A DNA stretch of 64,000 nucleotides from Yuukianura sp. NJ FZ-2021 (taxonomy: Eukaryota), in the NCBI GenBank assembly GCA_046563655.1, contig CM102289.1, forward strand, positions 6,696,001 through 6,760,000, in the 5' to 3' direction. A program made the position numbers and the translations under genes. Positions 61,901 through 64,000 of the stretch are shown here, in pieces. Every line of letters begins with the position of its first letter. Positions within the stretch are counted from its first letter, which is position 1. The notes under the pieces were generated by a model that worked only from the letters and a program-made list of their open reading frames with translations, made no database searches and was not told where the DNA came from.

Positions 61901-64000
61901 TTGAGGTAATCAAATATCCAAAGTTCATTTGAACATACATGTGTAGAATTCAAAATTTTGAAATGTTTGGCGCCCTATTCGTCTGTGGCCACTTTACTAT
62001 TACTTTTCCTTCCATTCAATGTCTGTAACCATTTATATGCAATGTTTCGTCTTGAAATCACACCATGTCTTAGGGTTTCCAATTTCTATAAGTATCGATA
62101 TCGTCTTGTGACTTCCCCTGCTCTCTAACGGCCCTTTGCCTGAACTAAAACACTTTTTATCACTAACAAACCAGCCAATCACATTCCATTTTACCCAACC
62201 TTCTCTTCTGTAACCTGTAACACTTTTTCTCTTCTCTATTCTATCTTTCTGCGCTGAAGCTGTTTGCTAGTTGATGAATTGGCAGCATCAACAGGGTAAG
62301 TTACACAACAAAAGAGAGCCATTTTAGGTTTTCCATTGCGCCGACGTACTTACTATACTGATAGCTGTTTCCACGCATGAAATGCTTAACACGTATCTGG
62401 GCATCCACCTTCTAGTTAGTCGCTTTTAGATCAACTGTGCAAATCTTGTCACCTTCGAATATTTCAACCAATGCTTGCTTACCAGCTGATGTTGAGCATT
62501 GTACAAGAGCTTGGAACAATACTGGAAACTGTTTGCAGGTACATCGGACTGTCAAGTCTCAGTGGAGATGCGAAACGTGTCAACGAACGAATGAATTTTC
62601 CAAATCCCATAATTACTGTTACGGAACATACGCCTGCGCCAACTCCATCGCCGGAAAGAATGTACCGGTAAGGCATAGCTGAAGGCGGATTGAACGGATT
62701 GAGGTTTGAATGTATTTTTTGAACTTAGACGCCGAGCAAGCTCCGTCGACAGTCAGCTGAGTGAATTTGTGCAAAAATTTGTGCAACATCGTAGCGGTGG
62801 GGGTTGGAGACGACGTAGATTTCTTGGAAGATCCAAAAGCGATAGTAAGATTAACTACAGCGTGAATGAAGCAATGGAGGCTCCAGGAACTGCGCCGTAT
62901 ATCACTGCTGATGGAGAGATTAACGTTAAAGTGATTTTTAAGGTAAATTCAAAACTCAACCCCTGTTCAAAATTTGATCAATGTCGATAAAACATGTTCA
63001 AAATTTTCCGCCTTTTCAATAATGTAAAGTTAACATGATTCAACAGGCATTGCATACCGTCTGTTCCCGTGAATCCATCGTACGATCGGTCAAAGTGTGT
63101 GCAGTGGCTCTCAGCTTGATTGACCTGCTTTTCCTAGAGGTTGAAAAAGACGAAGAGGTTGCCCTTGTTTTGGACACAATTATCAAGTATGTTACAAAAA
63201 TCTTAATTTTGTATTAATTAATTAATTCAAATTAATTAAACAGGATAACGACTTCTATGGGCTGTGCCCATGGTTGTGGAGATGCCCAACGCTGTAGCCA
63301 ATCAGACACTGTCCGGTCACATGTTCATAGCTTGTTCCTCCGAATTTCACACAAATTCCGGGTTCAGTTTGGAAAATGTTTTCAGCGCATGGTCACTACG
63401 CAGCCGCTGGCTGACATTATGGACTTCTTCCATTCACTTTGTGGATTTTGTATTGACCCGACTACACTACTGTCACCTCAAAGTAAAGACTTAAAAAAAA
63501 CTTAAATGAGGATTTGAGTTAAAAATGTTTTCGAAATTTCAGATCCAAAAATTCGAGATTTCTACGCTAGCTACATGAGTGGAATGGAAAACAATCACGG
63601 GAAAGTGGAATGCCACATTTTCAAGGCCGTTTTTAAAAGATTAGTTTCCCGCCTAGCTTCTGTTTCAAAGGAACTGAAAAATTCGGACAATATGGTAAGA
63701 CCCTATGAAGAAAAATTTACTTCCAAATTTCAAAAATTAACAACTGAAACCGTTTACTTCTTAAACTTCTAACATTCTAGTCACTTTACTGCGATGTTCG
63801 TCAATTCATTACTTATGTTTACGAAAACGATGGAAACACTTTTCGAAAAGTTGCACTCTCAGCTCTGATCGACTCTGTAAGAATATTTGGTGCTCCAAAT
63901 TATTTCAAAATACATTCCAGATTTTCAAAATTCTGTTTTAGATGGAAAGTCCAAACAAAAAAGATGCTTCTAGACAAACTCAAACTACCCGTATTGTGAG
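55914..64000 (+). CDS. unc80: UNC-80 (NALCN channel auxiliary subunit), 5' part; runs off the window
   Basis: VPIPIQTFLW, LEKVLVQNI, LGAAETKLLYTLHWILMD, YLFGPL, FRLENG, DVAVMRCVFIPHWEEEGVVW, GKSMPSL, NPIITVTEHTP, GCAHGC. Confidence 0.95.

Overview
AT-rich, gene-dense eukaryotic (invertebrate) genomic DNA with many short (~60-90 nt) GT-AG introns. It is most plausibly a springtail or another basal hexapod; this is inferred from gene content and not proven. All gene models were spliced by hand. Conserved genes: two RDH-like SDRs plus a relic, a lamin-derived intermediate-filament (IF) gene, a minimal Sec20/BNIP1, KIF21, a soluble PTP, DNAL4, a C2H2 zinc-finger gene, APIP/MtnB, MGST3, GSTCD, JHEH/mEH, a Methuselah-like GPCR and the 5' part of UNC-80. 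Highlights: (1) a lamin-type IF with no Ig tail, NLS, CaaX or CDK1 site, i.e. an isomin-like candidate cytoplasmic IF ending in a PDZ-type motif; (2) a ~16 kb block (28.3-44.1 kb) of small secreted, defence-like genes undergoing tandem birth-and-death (WAP peptide, two beta/gamma-crystallin-like proteins, an 8-Cys family, a GNA/B-type lectin and three furin-processed Gly-Tyr/His peptides), interleaved with a chemoreceptor-like 7TM gene; several of these have microbial- or plant-type folds; (3) a PIF/Harbinger-type MITE inserted exactly into a KIF21 splice donor, two alternative KIF21 last exons, and UNC-80 microexons.
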